Assembly (NCBI GenBank): GCA_964016885.1
Contig: OZ024751.1
Coordinates: 21,948,001 to 22,012,000 of the forward strand
Length of the DNA: 64,000 nucleotides
Source of the DNA: Eledone cirrhosa
Lineage: Eukaryota
Direction: 5' to 3'
The notes below the pieces were generated by a model that was given only the letters and a program-made list of their open reading frames with translations, ran no database searches and was not told where the DNA came from. This document shows positions 12,374 through 27,093 of this stretch, one piece after another (position 1 is the first letter of the stretch; each line of letters starts with the position of its first letter). The translations under genes were made by a program, and so were the position numbers.

Positions 12374-13042
12374 CTGAAAGACAAATAAAAGCATATTGAG
12401 AAGCGAGATAGAACTTTCTGTAATAGTTAACTCGTAATAGTTAAATCAGAATTACTTTAATGTTTAAGGTTTTAAGAACAAAATACGTTATACATTAACA
12501 ATCACGTTAATCTTAAGCTGACGGAAGTTATTTGATTGTTTCAACTTTTATTGGGATAACTAGATGAATGAAGAGAAGGCGGTATTACTAGCTGAGGTCA
12601 ATTTTATCTTTCATCATTTTGAGATCGATAAAAATGTACCAGTCCAGTACTGGGGTCGAACTTTCCTCCATCTAACTTTCCCTCGCTCTCCTTCTCTGGA
12701 AGAAATCGGCTATGTTTAGGCATGAAGATGAGATGGACTCGCCAAGTACAAAATGCCCATGATACGCCGTACGTCATGACGGCGTCCCTACGACTCTATC
12801 GGGAGTTACGGGACTCGACATGCATACGTATGGATGAGGGAATGTTGGTTAATTTTTAGTTTGAATTATTACAGATTGATAGTTGGATGATCAAACTTAG
12901 ATGCATTTAGCAGAACCACGACAATTATAACATAATTTTTGCTCCTGGATTAATTGGTAAAAGCGACAACAGATACTCAATCGTAAATTGCTTTAACCCC
13001 AAATCGTAAGAGAATCATTTAACTCTAGTAAGGTTAATTAAT

Positions 13043-13227
13043 TGTTTCTACTTTAGGCACAAGGCCAGCAATTACCCAGTGCATTACTGGTACTTTATTT
13101 TATCGACCCCCGTAAGGATGAAAGGCAAAGTCAACCTCGGCGGGATTTGAACTCGGATCGTAAAGGGACGTAACTATGCTGGAAAGCATGGCGTCCGACC
13201 CTCCACCGATACTGCCAATCCACCGCT
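13043..13227 (-). mobile_element. tRNA-derived SINE, short form, in gene B intron
   Basis: Full-length match to the other short-form copies. Confidence 0.9.
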
Positions 13228-13754
13228 TAATTAATGAGAATCAATTAGCATTGGATACTTATTAGTAGAACGTAGGGTAGGAATGGCCAAGTGGATATAG
13301 TATTGGACTACATACTTTCGATTTGTGAGTTCAAACTTACTACAGATGTCCCATTGTGTCTCAATGCAGGACACTTTATTCAACATCGTCTCAGTGTTTC
13401 GCTAACTTTCGGGAGTTCAAACTAGAACTTCAAAAATAATCCACTGCGATGGATTGATGTCCCCACCTTGAAAGAGAACTGCCCCGTTATTCACTGAACG
13501 ATACTAAATATTCAATTAAAGGAATAAAATTACCTGTAGGTGCACGACGTTTGTGTAAGTGTATGTATAGGTGTGTGTTTGTGTGAATGTTGGTGTGAAT
13601 TTGTGAGTGTGGGTGTGTATGAGTGTGTGTGTTGTTAGTGTGTGTGTTGTTAGTGTGTTAACATTGTGTGTTGGTGTGTGTTATTGTGTGTTGTGTGTGA
13701 AAGGGTTAACCTCATTAAGCATTAACAACCAATTAAAGTAATTAATTAATTTAC

Positions 13755-14273
13755 CTTCAGTTTGAGAAAAAAACTGGTGATCTGGCGCCCAATCACACTG
13801 GCAAAGATTTTGATTCCATATTAAACCGTAATGACATTTCTGTGTGACCCATCTTTCAAAAGCAAACACTTGAAATTGGTGAACGTCAGATTCATCCGGT
13901 AGATATCCACTACACTTTTCTTCTGTCGTGTCATTGTTAATTGACTCTCCAATATAATCTTCTATAGACGCCGTCTCCGTCAAATTGTTTACATACATTA
14001 AATCTCCTTTATCATCCAATACATCTCTACGAAGAAGAATTTCAGATACGTTTTCCGCCGTCTCCGTCGTAGATAACTGCCATGTTAAGTTTCCAGAAGA
14101 TTCTTCAAGGAATAATGAAGACTCTGTTTCGGTGGTATTTGTTGATTCAGAAGTTTGCAGTGTTGGTTGCAGGGAGTAGTTAGATGCAGTAGGGGTGATG
14201 GTAGTAGTAGTAGTACTGGTGATGGTGGTAGTATTAGTGGTGGTTGTAGTAGTGATCGGGGTGTCAGACGTAT
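13755..14273 (-). CDS. Gene B exon 2: Thr/Ser-rich stalk plus chitin-binding type-2-like domain
   Basis: tttcag acceptor, GTAAAT donor, 519 bp open, phase 1 to 1. Reads TSDTPITTTTTTNTTTIT...KCSGYLPDESDVHQFQVFAFERWVTQKCHYGLIWNQNLCQCDWAPD, with the C-x2-GL-x-WNQ-x2-C-x-CDW signature. Confidence 0.88.
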
Positions 14274-14600
14274 CTGAAATAGGGCAGTTTTAATTTCACA
14301 GAAGTATGCATAATATAAAAATGGAAGTATTTTTTTTTCCTTTTAACTGTTACTGATGTCCTTTATAAAACTTAACTGAATTCTAGTTCACTTACACATA
14401 CACCCATTCGTTTATTAATTCATTCTGTCATTCATTCATTTGTTCCCATGTAGAATAGGAATCTATCCCGGTGCTGCAACTAAACAGGGAGAAGAGCTCC
14501 TCTATGCGGTTCAATGCTGGACTTAATCTTAACCCTCGGAGACATCATATAAAAAAAAAATCTATTTTATTATTAGTTTTTATTCTTCAATACTAAATCA

Positions 14601-14660
<60 letters not shown>

Positions 14661-14661
14661 T

Positions 14662-14812
14662 CTAGGGCGGGTAAAATTCCCGAGATCCATGGACGAGTTC
14701 TCTCCAGCGGTCTCTGTCCCTCATTATCGCTGCCATGTCCTGCGTCTCCAACAGACCAGTGTCTGTCCTTAGGGCATCAACATACGTTAACATTGGTCTT
14801 CCTCTTCCAGTG
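14662..14812 (-). mobile_element. 3' end of an RTE/RTEX-type LINE ORF
   Basis: Reads GRGRPMLTYVDALRTDTGLLETQDMAAIMRDRDRWRELVHGSREFYPP*, the GRP..TY.D.L..D...M.DR..WR C-terminal signature, then (TA)n. Confidence 0.75.
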
Positions 14813-14819
14813 TCCATGT

Positions 14820-14945
14820 TTATCCCGGGTTCAATCAGGGGTAACCACAGTAATTAAGGTACTCAATACATAGCAGAGTATAAATATTTAATATATGGAT
14901 TTCCTGATGATTTCTCCCGAATGAAACAGTTTTAGTTTTGTAGAA

Positions 14946-14948
<3 letters not shown>
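14820..14948. mobile_element. Family A insert with hammerhead motif (+, 14901-14945)
   Basis: ttc-CTGATGA-tttctcccgaat-GAAACAG-ttttagtt-TTGTA-gaa. The inverted 3' tail is shared with 27941, 39806 and 62384. Confidence 0.75.
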
Positions 14949-15004
<56 letters not shown>

Positions 15005-15614
15005 TATTAATAATATTAATATAATTTTTTTTAGAAAAGGGCCTCAAATTTCATGTAGCCTAAGGCCTCAGCAGGTGAAAGTCCGGTCCTGATGCGATTG
15101 CTCGGCCTGCTAGAAATAGCAGATAAATGTTCTTTAAATCGAACCCTACTGTATAAAATATAAGAGGGGCACATTATTATGGAGTGCTAAATACACTGTC
15201 TGGATAACAATGATAATCAAAGGTAAGTTAACCTCGACTGACGGTCATAACTGGTCTATTCGGTCAGGTCTGATCCGAAGCTAAACGATTTCAATAACTA
15301 AGTTAGTCCTGACCTAGTGAGGTAGCCTGTATGAGGCTGCTCCTGACCTGTTAACAATAGCAGCTAACCATCTCTCAAGTAAAGTTCTGTCTTAATGTTC
15401 GATCTCGTAGACTCATAGAAAGAATAGCCACCTTTCCATCAAATCATACGATATGGCTTTAAAAATTGGATCGAAATATTGGATAATGTAGATTGAGTTA
15501 CTGCTGCAAGATTTTTACGGGCTAAACCGACCGGCATGAGACCCAGGTATGATATTTTATCCAACACTCTATCAATTCTGCCAGTTCACCACTCTCATAT
15601 CAGTGTATAATAAT

Positions 15615-16258
15615 GGTTTCTTATATAGGCACACGGCCAGCAATTTTGGGGGAGGGGAAAGTCGATTAAATTGACCCCAGTAAGGATGAAAGGCAAAGTT
15701 AACCTCGGCGGGATTTGAACTCAGATCATAAAGGGCCATAACTCTATGCTGCAAAGCATATGAGTGTATAATAATAATTGTTTCTACTTTAGGCACAAGG
15801 CCAGCAATTACCCAGTACATTACTGGTACTTTATTTTTATCGACCCCGTAAGGATGAAAGGCAAAGTTAACCTCGGCGGGATTTGAACTCAGATCATAAA
15901 GGGCCATAACTCTATGCTGCAAAGCATATGAGTGTATAATAATAATCGTTTCTACTTTAGGCACAAGGCCAGCAATTACCCAGTACATTACTGGTACTTT
16001 ATTTTTATCGACCCCGTAAGGATGAAAGGCAAAGTTGACCTCGGCGGGATTTGAACTCAGAATGGAAAGGGCCGTAACTCTATGCGTCAAAGCATGGCGT
16101 CCGACCCTCTACCGATACTGCCAATCCATAATAATAATAATAATAATAATTGTTTCTACTTTAGGCACAAGGCCAGCAATTACCCAGTACATTACTGGTA
16201 CTTTATTTTATCGACCCCGTAAGGATGAAAAGCAAAGTTAACCTCGGCGGGATTTGAA
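15615..16258 (-). mobile_element. Tandem array of about 4 SINE copies in gene B intron
   Basis: ~170-bp units separated by (TAA)n; two adjacent units are almost identical. Confidence 0.9.
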
Positions 16259-16392
16259 TAATAATAATAATAATAATAATTTCTCTGAAGATGGCCAGGG
16301 GCTATAACAATCGAAATGTTGTGATTAATTTTTTTTATCAAATCAGGATAAAGTTTCTAAATAAAAAAAATAATAAAAAAAAACAAACTCAC

Positions 16393-16492
16393 ATGTCTCC
16401 TGTGTCAGTGACGTCATCTCGGTTAGAGCATTCGACTGGCCGTTACAGGAATGGTACAATAAGGAGGTGAGACAGAGAACAATTAGATTCAT
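16393..16492 (-). CDS. Gene B coding exon 1: signal peptide
   Basis: ATG at 16492, 10 nt after a tacag acceptor. MNLIVLCLTSLLYHSCNGQSNALTEMTSLTQET is a hydrophobic signal-like N-terminus. GTGAGT donor, phase 1. Confidence 0.8.
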
Positions 16493-16526
16493 TGTCGTTT
16501 GCCTGTAACAATGAAATATATAAAGC

Positions 16527-17022
16527 AATGATGATGGTGGTGTTGGTTGAGATGATGATGGTAGTTGTTGTTGTGGTGGTGATGGGGGGTGGGGGTGGTT
16601 GTGGTGCTAATGGTGGTCGTGGTGATGGTGATGGTGGTGTTGCTGATGCTGCTGGTTTTGATGATGATGGTGGTGGTGGTGGTGTTCATGGTGGTGGTGG
16701 TGGGAGCAATGGTGGTCGTGTTGATGATGGACGGGGGGATGGTGGAGATGACGGTGGTTGCGGTAGTGGTGGTTGTGGTCAAGTGATGTTGGTGGTTGCG
16801 GTGGTGATGGTTGTGGTGATGGTTGCGGTGATGGTGGTGGTGGTTGTGGTGGTGTTGATGATGGACGGGGGATGGTGGTGATGACGGTGGGTGCGGTAGT
16901 GGTGGTTGTGGTCAGCGTGATGTTGGTGGTTGCGGTGGTGATGGTTGTGGTGATGGTGGTGGTGGTGATGGTGATGGTTGCGGTGATGGTGATGGGGATG
17001 GTGGTGATGGTGATTGTGATGA
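16527..17022. repeat. (GGT/GAT)-rich low-complexity tract
   Basis: Direct observation, with an internal ~135-bp duplication. Confidence 0.9.
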
Positions 17023-17204
17023 ACTTCAGTACAGGGTTGGCTGATGAAATATATAGAAAAGTAGTATAAAATATTTTGAAGAAAATTATCAGATCGTGTT
17101 AGAAAGGAAATGAAGACGTAACAACGCTCTGAGCTGGGAGAAAACAACAACAACAACAACATTATATAAACATGTAAGATGGTCAACAAAATACTGATAC
17201 TCAC

Positions 17205-17290
17205 CGATCGATACTCACACTACTAATGGATCAATAGATTTATATTAATCAGCAATACCGAGACGACTGTGAGTGTTTGTGTAGTCTGCG
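17205..17290 (-). other. Possible 5' non-coding exon of gene B
   Basis: Coding exon 1 starts with an acceptor, so an upstream exon is expected. Two GTGAGT donors lie at 17204 and 17218 on the minus strand. The 5' boundary is not determined. Confidence 0.35.
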
Positions 17291-18227
17291 TCTCCGGGGA
17301 AGCCTTCGTTGTTGGAATAATCAAGACTGCCGAGTCAATGTTTTTGGTATTCCAGTATAGGTGTAGTTTGCTCTCTAACTCCCTCTTTATTCGATTGATA
17401 TTAATCTAGGGTATCGATGCGACTAAATCTGTCATCTATCTATCTATCTGCCTGTCTGTCTATCTATCTACACACTGTTTCGGTCTCACTCTGTGTTTGT
17501 GGATCACGGTACTGATATTAACTAAGGGTTATCAAATCTATTATAAAAATATATTTAAATGTATATATACTATTTTTGCCTGCCTGTGTTTGTTTCTGTG
17601 GATCACTGAATGATATTAACTAAGGATTCCCAAATCTATTATAAATATATATGAATACATAAATGTACGTACACTGTCACAGTCTTGGTTATCACCGGGG
17701 AGTCGTTCGTTTTATGGAATAAGCAAGAAGATTACATACAGTACCTTTGCTGTTCTGTTGGTGTTATCACTCTAAATACACTTGTCCTCTCTATACTGAG
17801 CAGAGCAACAACCATGTCAACTATTGTTTATTATAAAAAACAAGCCAAGGACGTGATCTCCAGACAACTAGAGAATAGGTGATTCTATGACCCCTGATGT
17901 TGTGTCTAACTAAATAAAACGTGCCGCTTACAAAATAACTAAAGGGATTTTTATTTAACTGGCAGCAATATTTATTTAACCCTTTCTTGACCGTATTTCT
18001 AATGAAATAAACAGTGTTTTTAATCAATTTAAAAAAATAATTAATAAAGAATTTCGAGGGATTTAGTAAATAATTTTTTCATTAAGAATGACAAAAGAAA
18101 AAAAAAAAAGGAAATCGTATAGGCGTCGTCGTGATGTGGGTATTTAAAAAAAAAAACGTGGCAAAGCATCCCCTCTCCAGGTCTGAACACAACAGAATTC
18201 TGAAAGAGAGAGAGAGAGAGAGAAAGA

Positions 18228-18548
18228 GAGTCGACCCAGTAGTAAACTGGTATTTCATCGACCCTCGAAGGATGAAAGGCAAAGTTGACCTCAGCGGGAT
18301 TTGAACTCAGAATGCACACAGCCGGAGCGAATACCGCAAAGCATTCAATCCAACATTATAACAACTCTACCAAAGGCGGTGAATTGGCAGTATCAGTAGA
18401 GGGTCGGACGCCATTCTCTGAGGCCCTTGCCATTCTGAGTTCAAATCACGCCGAGGTTAACTTTGCCTTTCATCCTCACGGGGTCGATAAAAATAAAGTA
18501 CCAGTAATGCACTGAGTAATTGCTGGCCTTGTGCCAAAAGTAGAAACA
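18228..18548. mobile_element. Two SINE copies in opposite orientation
   Basis: Minus copy ~18228-18370 and plus copy ~18374-18548. Confidence 0.8.
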
Positions 18549-18737
18549 ATTATAACAACTCTACCAATTTGTCGTCGCTTATATTAAAGTAAAGACGAAA
18601 GTCGAGACAAAAAACAACAAACACCAAAGAAAACAGTCTAGGATATTCTTCCATGTTTTATTATGTACATTGATATAAATCATAATTTGTTAGCTGTTTA
18701 TTAAAGTGTTGTATATTGTCAGCTAGACATTCTGCCA

Positions 18738-18937
18738 NNNNNNNNNNNNNNNNNNNNNNNNNNNNNNNNNNNNNNNNNNNNNNNNNNNNNNNNNNNNNNN
18801 NNNNNNNNNNNNNNNNNNNNNNNNNNNNNNNNNNNNNNNNNNNNNNNNNNNNNNNNNNNNNNNNNNNNNNNNNNNNNNNNNNNNNNNNNNNNNNNNNNNN
18901 NNNNNNNNNNNNNNNNNNNNNNNNNNNNNNNNNNNNN
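18738..18937. other. Assembly gap (200 N)
   Basis: Run of N. Confidence 1.
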
Positions 18938-21646
<2,709 letters not shown>

Positions 21647-21648
21647 AT

Positions 21649-21827
21649 TGTTTCTACTTTAGGCACAAGGCCAGCAATTATCCAGTGCATTACTGGTACT
21701 TTATTTTATCGACCCCGTAAGGATGAAAGGCAAAGTCAACCTCGGCGGGATTTGAACTCAGATCGTAAAGGGACGTAACTATGCTGGAAAAAGCATGGCG
21801 TCCGACCCTCTACCGATACTGCCAATC
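21649..21827 (-). mobile_element. tRNA-derived SINE, short form
   Basis: Near-identical to the other copies; decayed relatives follow to ~22460. Confidence 0.9.
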
Positions 21828-23035
21828 ATATATATATATATATATATTTAGTGTGTGTATATGGAACCGTAACTGTTGAATTCTGCCCAGTTTATTCGTC
21901 TCCTCATAAATTTACTTCATCGACCCCAGTGCATTACTGATACTTTATCTTATCAACCCCGTAAGGATGAAAGGCAACGCTTACATAGACGGGACTTGAA
22001 CGTGGAAAGAATGAATGTAATGCCCCAAAGCATCTTGTCCGATGCTCTACCGATACTGCCAATCCAGACACAAAGTCAACAATTTTGGAGGAGGAAAATT
22101 CAAATATATCAACTCCAGTTCTTTACTAGTGTCTTATTTTCTAACCTCGTAAGAATGAAAAGCGAAGTTGACCCCGGCATTATTTGAAACTAGAAAACAG
22201 ATGGTCGTAAGAAAATACTGCAATAGATGTCATCCGTCACACTAATGAGTCTACCAATCCATTGCTAATCTAATTCAGCATCATAATAATAAGTATTCAA
22301 TTTCTCTTTCTACCGACATTACCAATCCACCGTCCACAACTGAAACACATAATTATAACAACATATTTATCGGAATTTGAACTCAGAAAGAAAAGGACTG
22401 TAATTAAATACCCCGAGGCTTTATGTCCGGCGCAATAACGGTTCTGAAAATACACCCCCTTAATAATTATAATAATAGTGATGAGGATGATGATAATAAT
22501 AATAGTGATAATAAAAGTCTTGCGAATGAATCCAGCAACCCGACCAAAAAGAAAAAAAAAAAGAAAAACTCAACAGAAAAACAAAAACTAAAGGGAAAAA
22601 ACATGAGATGAACAAACAGGCATTGTGACTTACACACATACTGATATACCTACCTACCAACCTACCTACCTACCTACCTATATTTATATATAGTTAGAAG
22701 CTAACACAATACGTATTAAATTTTAATGAAGGATATAAGATGATATTTTAATGAGGAAATAAAAACATATCTCTCTCTATCTTCTAGAATAGATTAGTAA
22801 GTAAATGGAGTAAAGAATGGGGAATAATTTTGAGATGAAATGGTGGGCGTCTTATAAGTAGAGTTGAGTGAGATAGAGAGGGAGAGTGGAAAATAATCTA
22901 ATAGTAACAAAATAAAAGCCCACTCTTTCTCCAAAGGAAAGTTTACACAGATCTATTATAGGTGGTGGTTTAACTGTAGATATTAGCAAGTAGTATAGTT
23001 AGTGGATTGGATATAATTAAATTGCAATCTGGTTT

Positions 23036-23067
<32 letters not shown>

Positions 23068-23336
23068 TCATTCACACACACACACACACTCATTCACACG
23101 CACACACACACACTCATTCACACACACACACACACACACATAGTAAGACAGAAAAAGCTATACGCCTTTCTTAATCTATTTTTTACTTTTTCTCACTCTG
23201 TCTCTCTTTAATTCTTCCTTTTCTTTCTCTATCTTGTCCTTTAAACCCCTCCCTCTCCCTCCCTCAGTACCCTTACTTTTGGGACAAACCTTGTATAGCC
23301 TTACACCGTCGTGTGAGGTACTCGACCGATGTGTCC

Positions 23337-23786
23337 CCACCACCACCACTAACACCACCATCACCACCAACAGCAACCAACCAACCAACCACCACCACCA
23401 ACCACCACAACCAACCAACCACCACCCTCTTACCACCACCACCACTAACACCACTATCACCATCAACACCACCACCAACCAACCACCACCACCACCACTA
23501 ACACTACCATCACCATCAACACCACCACCAACCACCACCACCACCACCACCACCACTAACAACACCACCACAACCAACCACCACCACCACCACCACCACC
23601 ACCACCACCACCACAACCCACCACCACCACCACCACCACCACCACCACCACCACCACCACCACCACCACCACCACCACTAACAACACCACCACCACCACC
23701 AACCATCACCACCACCACCACTAACAACACCACCACCACCACCACAACCAATCACCACCACCACCACCACCACCACCACCACCACC
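23337..23786. repeat. (CCA)n/(CCAA)n microsatellite
   Basis: Direct observation. Confidence 0.95.
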
Positions 23787-24170
23787 TGATTATAAATTAT
23801 CAAACAAAATAAATAGAGACATATGATGACTGACTCGAATTATTTCATTATTTCACCAATGTGTGTGTTTGTAAAAGCAGTGCGTCGAACAAAGGTATCT
23901 AGCTGAGTAGTGTTCCTTTACACAAAAAAGAGCTGATTTAGACATTCGATAGAGATCAATGAAATTAGTACCATGCTAAGTACTAAGGTGAATGGACGTA
24001 TACTGGACGATAACAAACGCTGGCAAACTCTGCTCCAGCTTGGCCACACTCCAATGAATAAAAGTAGTAAAAAAAAAATAATAAATTGTGATGAGTGAAT
24101 CTAATGATTGGAGCCGTGTGTGTGTCTGTCTGTTTGTCTGCCTGTGTCTCTGTGTGTCGCTCTCTCTCTG

Positions 24171-24245
<75 letters not shown>

Positions 24246-24910
24246 CTCCTCCCTCTCTCTCTGCCTTTTACGCTCTCTCTTTCTGTGTGTGTCTGTGTTC
24301 GCCTGTAAAAACAGTTTATTCTAAGACCCGATTCTTTGTAATGTGTTTGTCTCGATGTGTGTGTGTGTGTCTGTGTGTGTGCGTGCGTCCGCCTTTATGC
24401 ATGTGTCTGTCTGTCCCTCAGTGTGTCTGTCTGTGTGTGTCTCTGTGTGTCTCTGTGTGTCCGTCTGTAAAAAAAACATTGTAGTTTGTAATAAAGTCTT
24501 TGATTGTCCAAATGGAGAAAAACATTTGATTGTCTTTACTTTTATCTTTCATTTATCCTTTCATTTGGTTGTATTTTACTTAACGTGGCAAAACTTTATT
24601 GAAAAACTGAAAAGAAATTGTGAAGATGTGGCTATTGTAGTTTTAGTATATATTGGTCTTTTTTGTGTGTGGGGGGAACTTCTTGATATTACTCTAAAGT
24701 TATCTGAAGAAGAGAAAACAGCTGGTTCCTGTCTTATTGGTTTCATATTAAACCAAGTTAAATAGCGAAAGACAGACGATATTTTACTGAAGTGACGGAA
24801 GCTCTAGACTTGCTTTAGTTTATAACAATATTCTCTCTTTGACATTTCTCATTAAATCTAAAGTTGGGAGAGCTTTCATTTCAGCTTATATTTATGTATG
24901 TGTATGGACA

Positions 24911-24947
<37 letters not shown>

Positions 24948-25342
24948 TTAAATTTCAGCTTATATTTATGTGTGTCTATATATGTGTATATGTACGTGTA
25001 TTAGCTTTCATTTCAGCGTTCATTGAATCAGCGTTCCTTTTGCTCGTGCACAAAAGTACTGGTTTCACTTGTGTCTATCAATTTCACTGTTTACTATCTA
25101 TTGTTATACTTCCTCACACAATATACCTACTTACATATCTGTCTGTCTCTTTGCCTACCGACATAACTCATACGTTCTTATATATATGGTGTATGTGATT
25201 GGTTCAGTGAATTACTGGTGAGTACAAAAGAAAGCACAGGATGCACCAGGCAGAGTGTATGTATGTATGTATGTATGTATGTATGTATGTATGTATGTAT
25301 GTATGTATCAATATATATATATATATCAATATATATATATCA

Positions 25343-25374
<32 letters not shown>

Positions 25375-25396
25375 CAATATATATATATATATATAT

Positions 25397-25472
<76 letters not shown>

Positions 25473-25632
25473 ATATATATATATTGTTATACTTTGGGAA
25501 TAAGAAACACACGCACCAGTTGCTTTCACTTCAATTTATTATATATTTATAAATTTATAAATTTACAAATTTACAAACCTATAAATTTCTGGTTGGTTGG
25601 TTGGTTCCACAACCAGATAGTTGTTTATATAT

Positions 25633-25677
25633 AGTCATAGTCCTTTCGTCACACACTCTGTGACCTCTTCAGTGACT
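25633..25677 (-). ncRNA. Minimal type-I hammerhead ribozyme
   Basis: agtca-CTGAAGA-g-gtcaca(gagtg)tgtgac-GAAA-ggac-TA-tgact: 5-bp stem I, 6-bp stem II, minimal stem III. Confidence 0.8.
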
Positions 25678-25679
25678 GT

Positions 25680-25925
25680 GCCCTACAAGACCAGCAAGAG
25701 GCAGACCACCTACCATTACCTCAATGGCCAAGAAAACCCACACAGATAGATGGAACGGGTGGACCAGAGCCATACGGACACCCGAAAACCACGATGAACT
25801 GAAGAAAATGATTGCACATGCGGTAGGGGCCAGCATAAAATTAACCCTTAAGGAACATATGTTCAAATTTAATGGTAAAACATATGCCCAAGAGGAAGGA
25901 GCAGCCATTGGTGTTAGCATTGCAA
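25680..25925 (+). mobile_element. Penelope-like reverse transcriptase fragment
   Basis: Reads PTRPARGRPPTITS...KKMIAHAVGASIKLTLKEHMFKFNGKTYAQEEGAAIGVSIA, matching the PLE RT F-x-F-x-G-x2-Y-x-Q-x2-G-x-(A/P)-(I/M)-G motif. Ends in (TA)n. Confidence 0.8.
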
Positions 25926-25944
25926 TATATATATTAATATATAT

Positions 25945-25981
<37 letters not shown>

Positions 25982-26379
25982 ATAAATATACTCCAAATAC
26001 TTGTTGAGTGCTTTTATATCAGTTATAAATATTTACTCGTTGTTAACCCAACAATTTAAATATAACTTTCCATATATATATATATATATATTAATATATA
26101 TATATATTAATATATATATATTAATATATATATATTAATATATATATATTAATATATATATATTAATATATATATATTAATATATATATATTAATATATA
26201 TAAATTAATATATATAAATTAATATATATATATTAATATATATAAATTAATATATATATATTAATATATATATATTAATATATATATATTAATATATATA
26301 TATTAATATATATATATTAATATATATATATTAATATATATATATTAATATATATATATCAATATATATATATTAATAT

Positions 26380-26785
26380 GTAGGAGGTGAGTTTTATTGT
26401 AGTACAATAAAGCAATGCAGATATCGGATAAGAAGCACTCTACAGTTTGTAGGACTGGAGTATACATAATATATAAGAACAGAAGATGGTTAAAGGAGTT
26501 CCATGTATTTTATTATGCGCATTTCAAAAACAAACATCATCATGCAATAATATTTGTGTTTTCATCAGATAAAACAGGAGGATATGATATGAAGGCTAAA
26601 AAACACTTGTGGATAGTGCAGTTTTAAATCAACATATCCACAAGTGTTTTTTAGCCTTCATATTATATCCTCCTGTTTTATCTGATGAAAACACAAATAT
26701 TATTGCATGATGATGTTTGTTTTTGAAATGCGCATAATAAAATACATGGAACTCCTTTAACCATCTTCTGTTCTTATATATTATA
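26380..26785. mobile_element. Fold-back insert with ~150-bp arms and a hammerhead in each arm
   Basis: Arms ~26466-26614 and ~26636-26785, flanked by TA-rich microsatellite. Confidence 0.85.
26676..26742 (+). ncRNA. Type-I hammerhead ribozyme (mirror copy at 26508-26574, minus strand)
   Basis: ttttat-CTGATGA-[36-nt stem II hairpin]-GAAA-tgcgca-TA-ataaaa. Stem III is palindromic; predicted cut after 26736. Confidence 0.85.
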
Positions 26786-26840
26786 TATATATTAATATAT
26801 ATATATCAATATATATATATATATCAATATATATATATAT

Positions 26841-26898
<58 letters not shown>

Positions 26899-26908
26899 AT
26901 ATATATTA

Positions 26909-26994
<86 letters not shown>

Positions 26995-27054
26995 CAATAT
27001 CAATATGTATATATATAAAAATATATATATTAATATATATATATATATAAATAT

Positions 27055-27093
<39 letters not shown>

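Noticed and set aside
15572-16090. 172-aa ORF with an internal repeat
   Set aside because: Read-through of tandem SINE copies.
16281-16325. CTGAAGA...CGAAATGTT hammerhead-like motif
   Set aside because: Stems I and II do not pair convincingly; at most a decayed relic.
23176-23812. Pro/His/Thr-rich and Gly/Val-rich ORFs (also 16489-17204)
   Set aside because: (CCA)n and (GGT)n microsatellites with no splice or domain support.
24580-24746. Minus-strand 56-codon ORF MKPIRQEPAVF...
   Set aside because: No recognisable domain or supporting splice sites.
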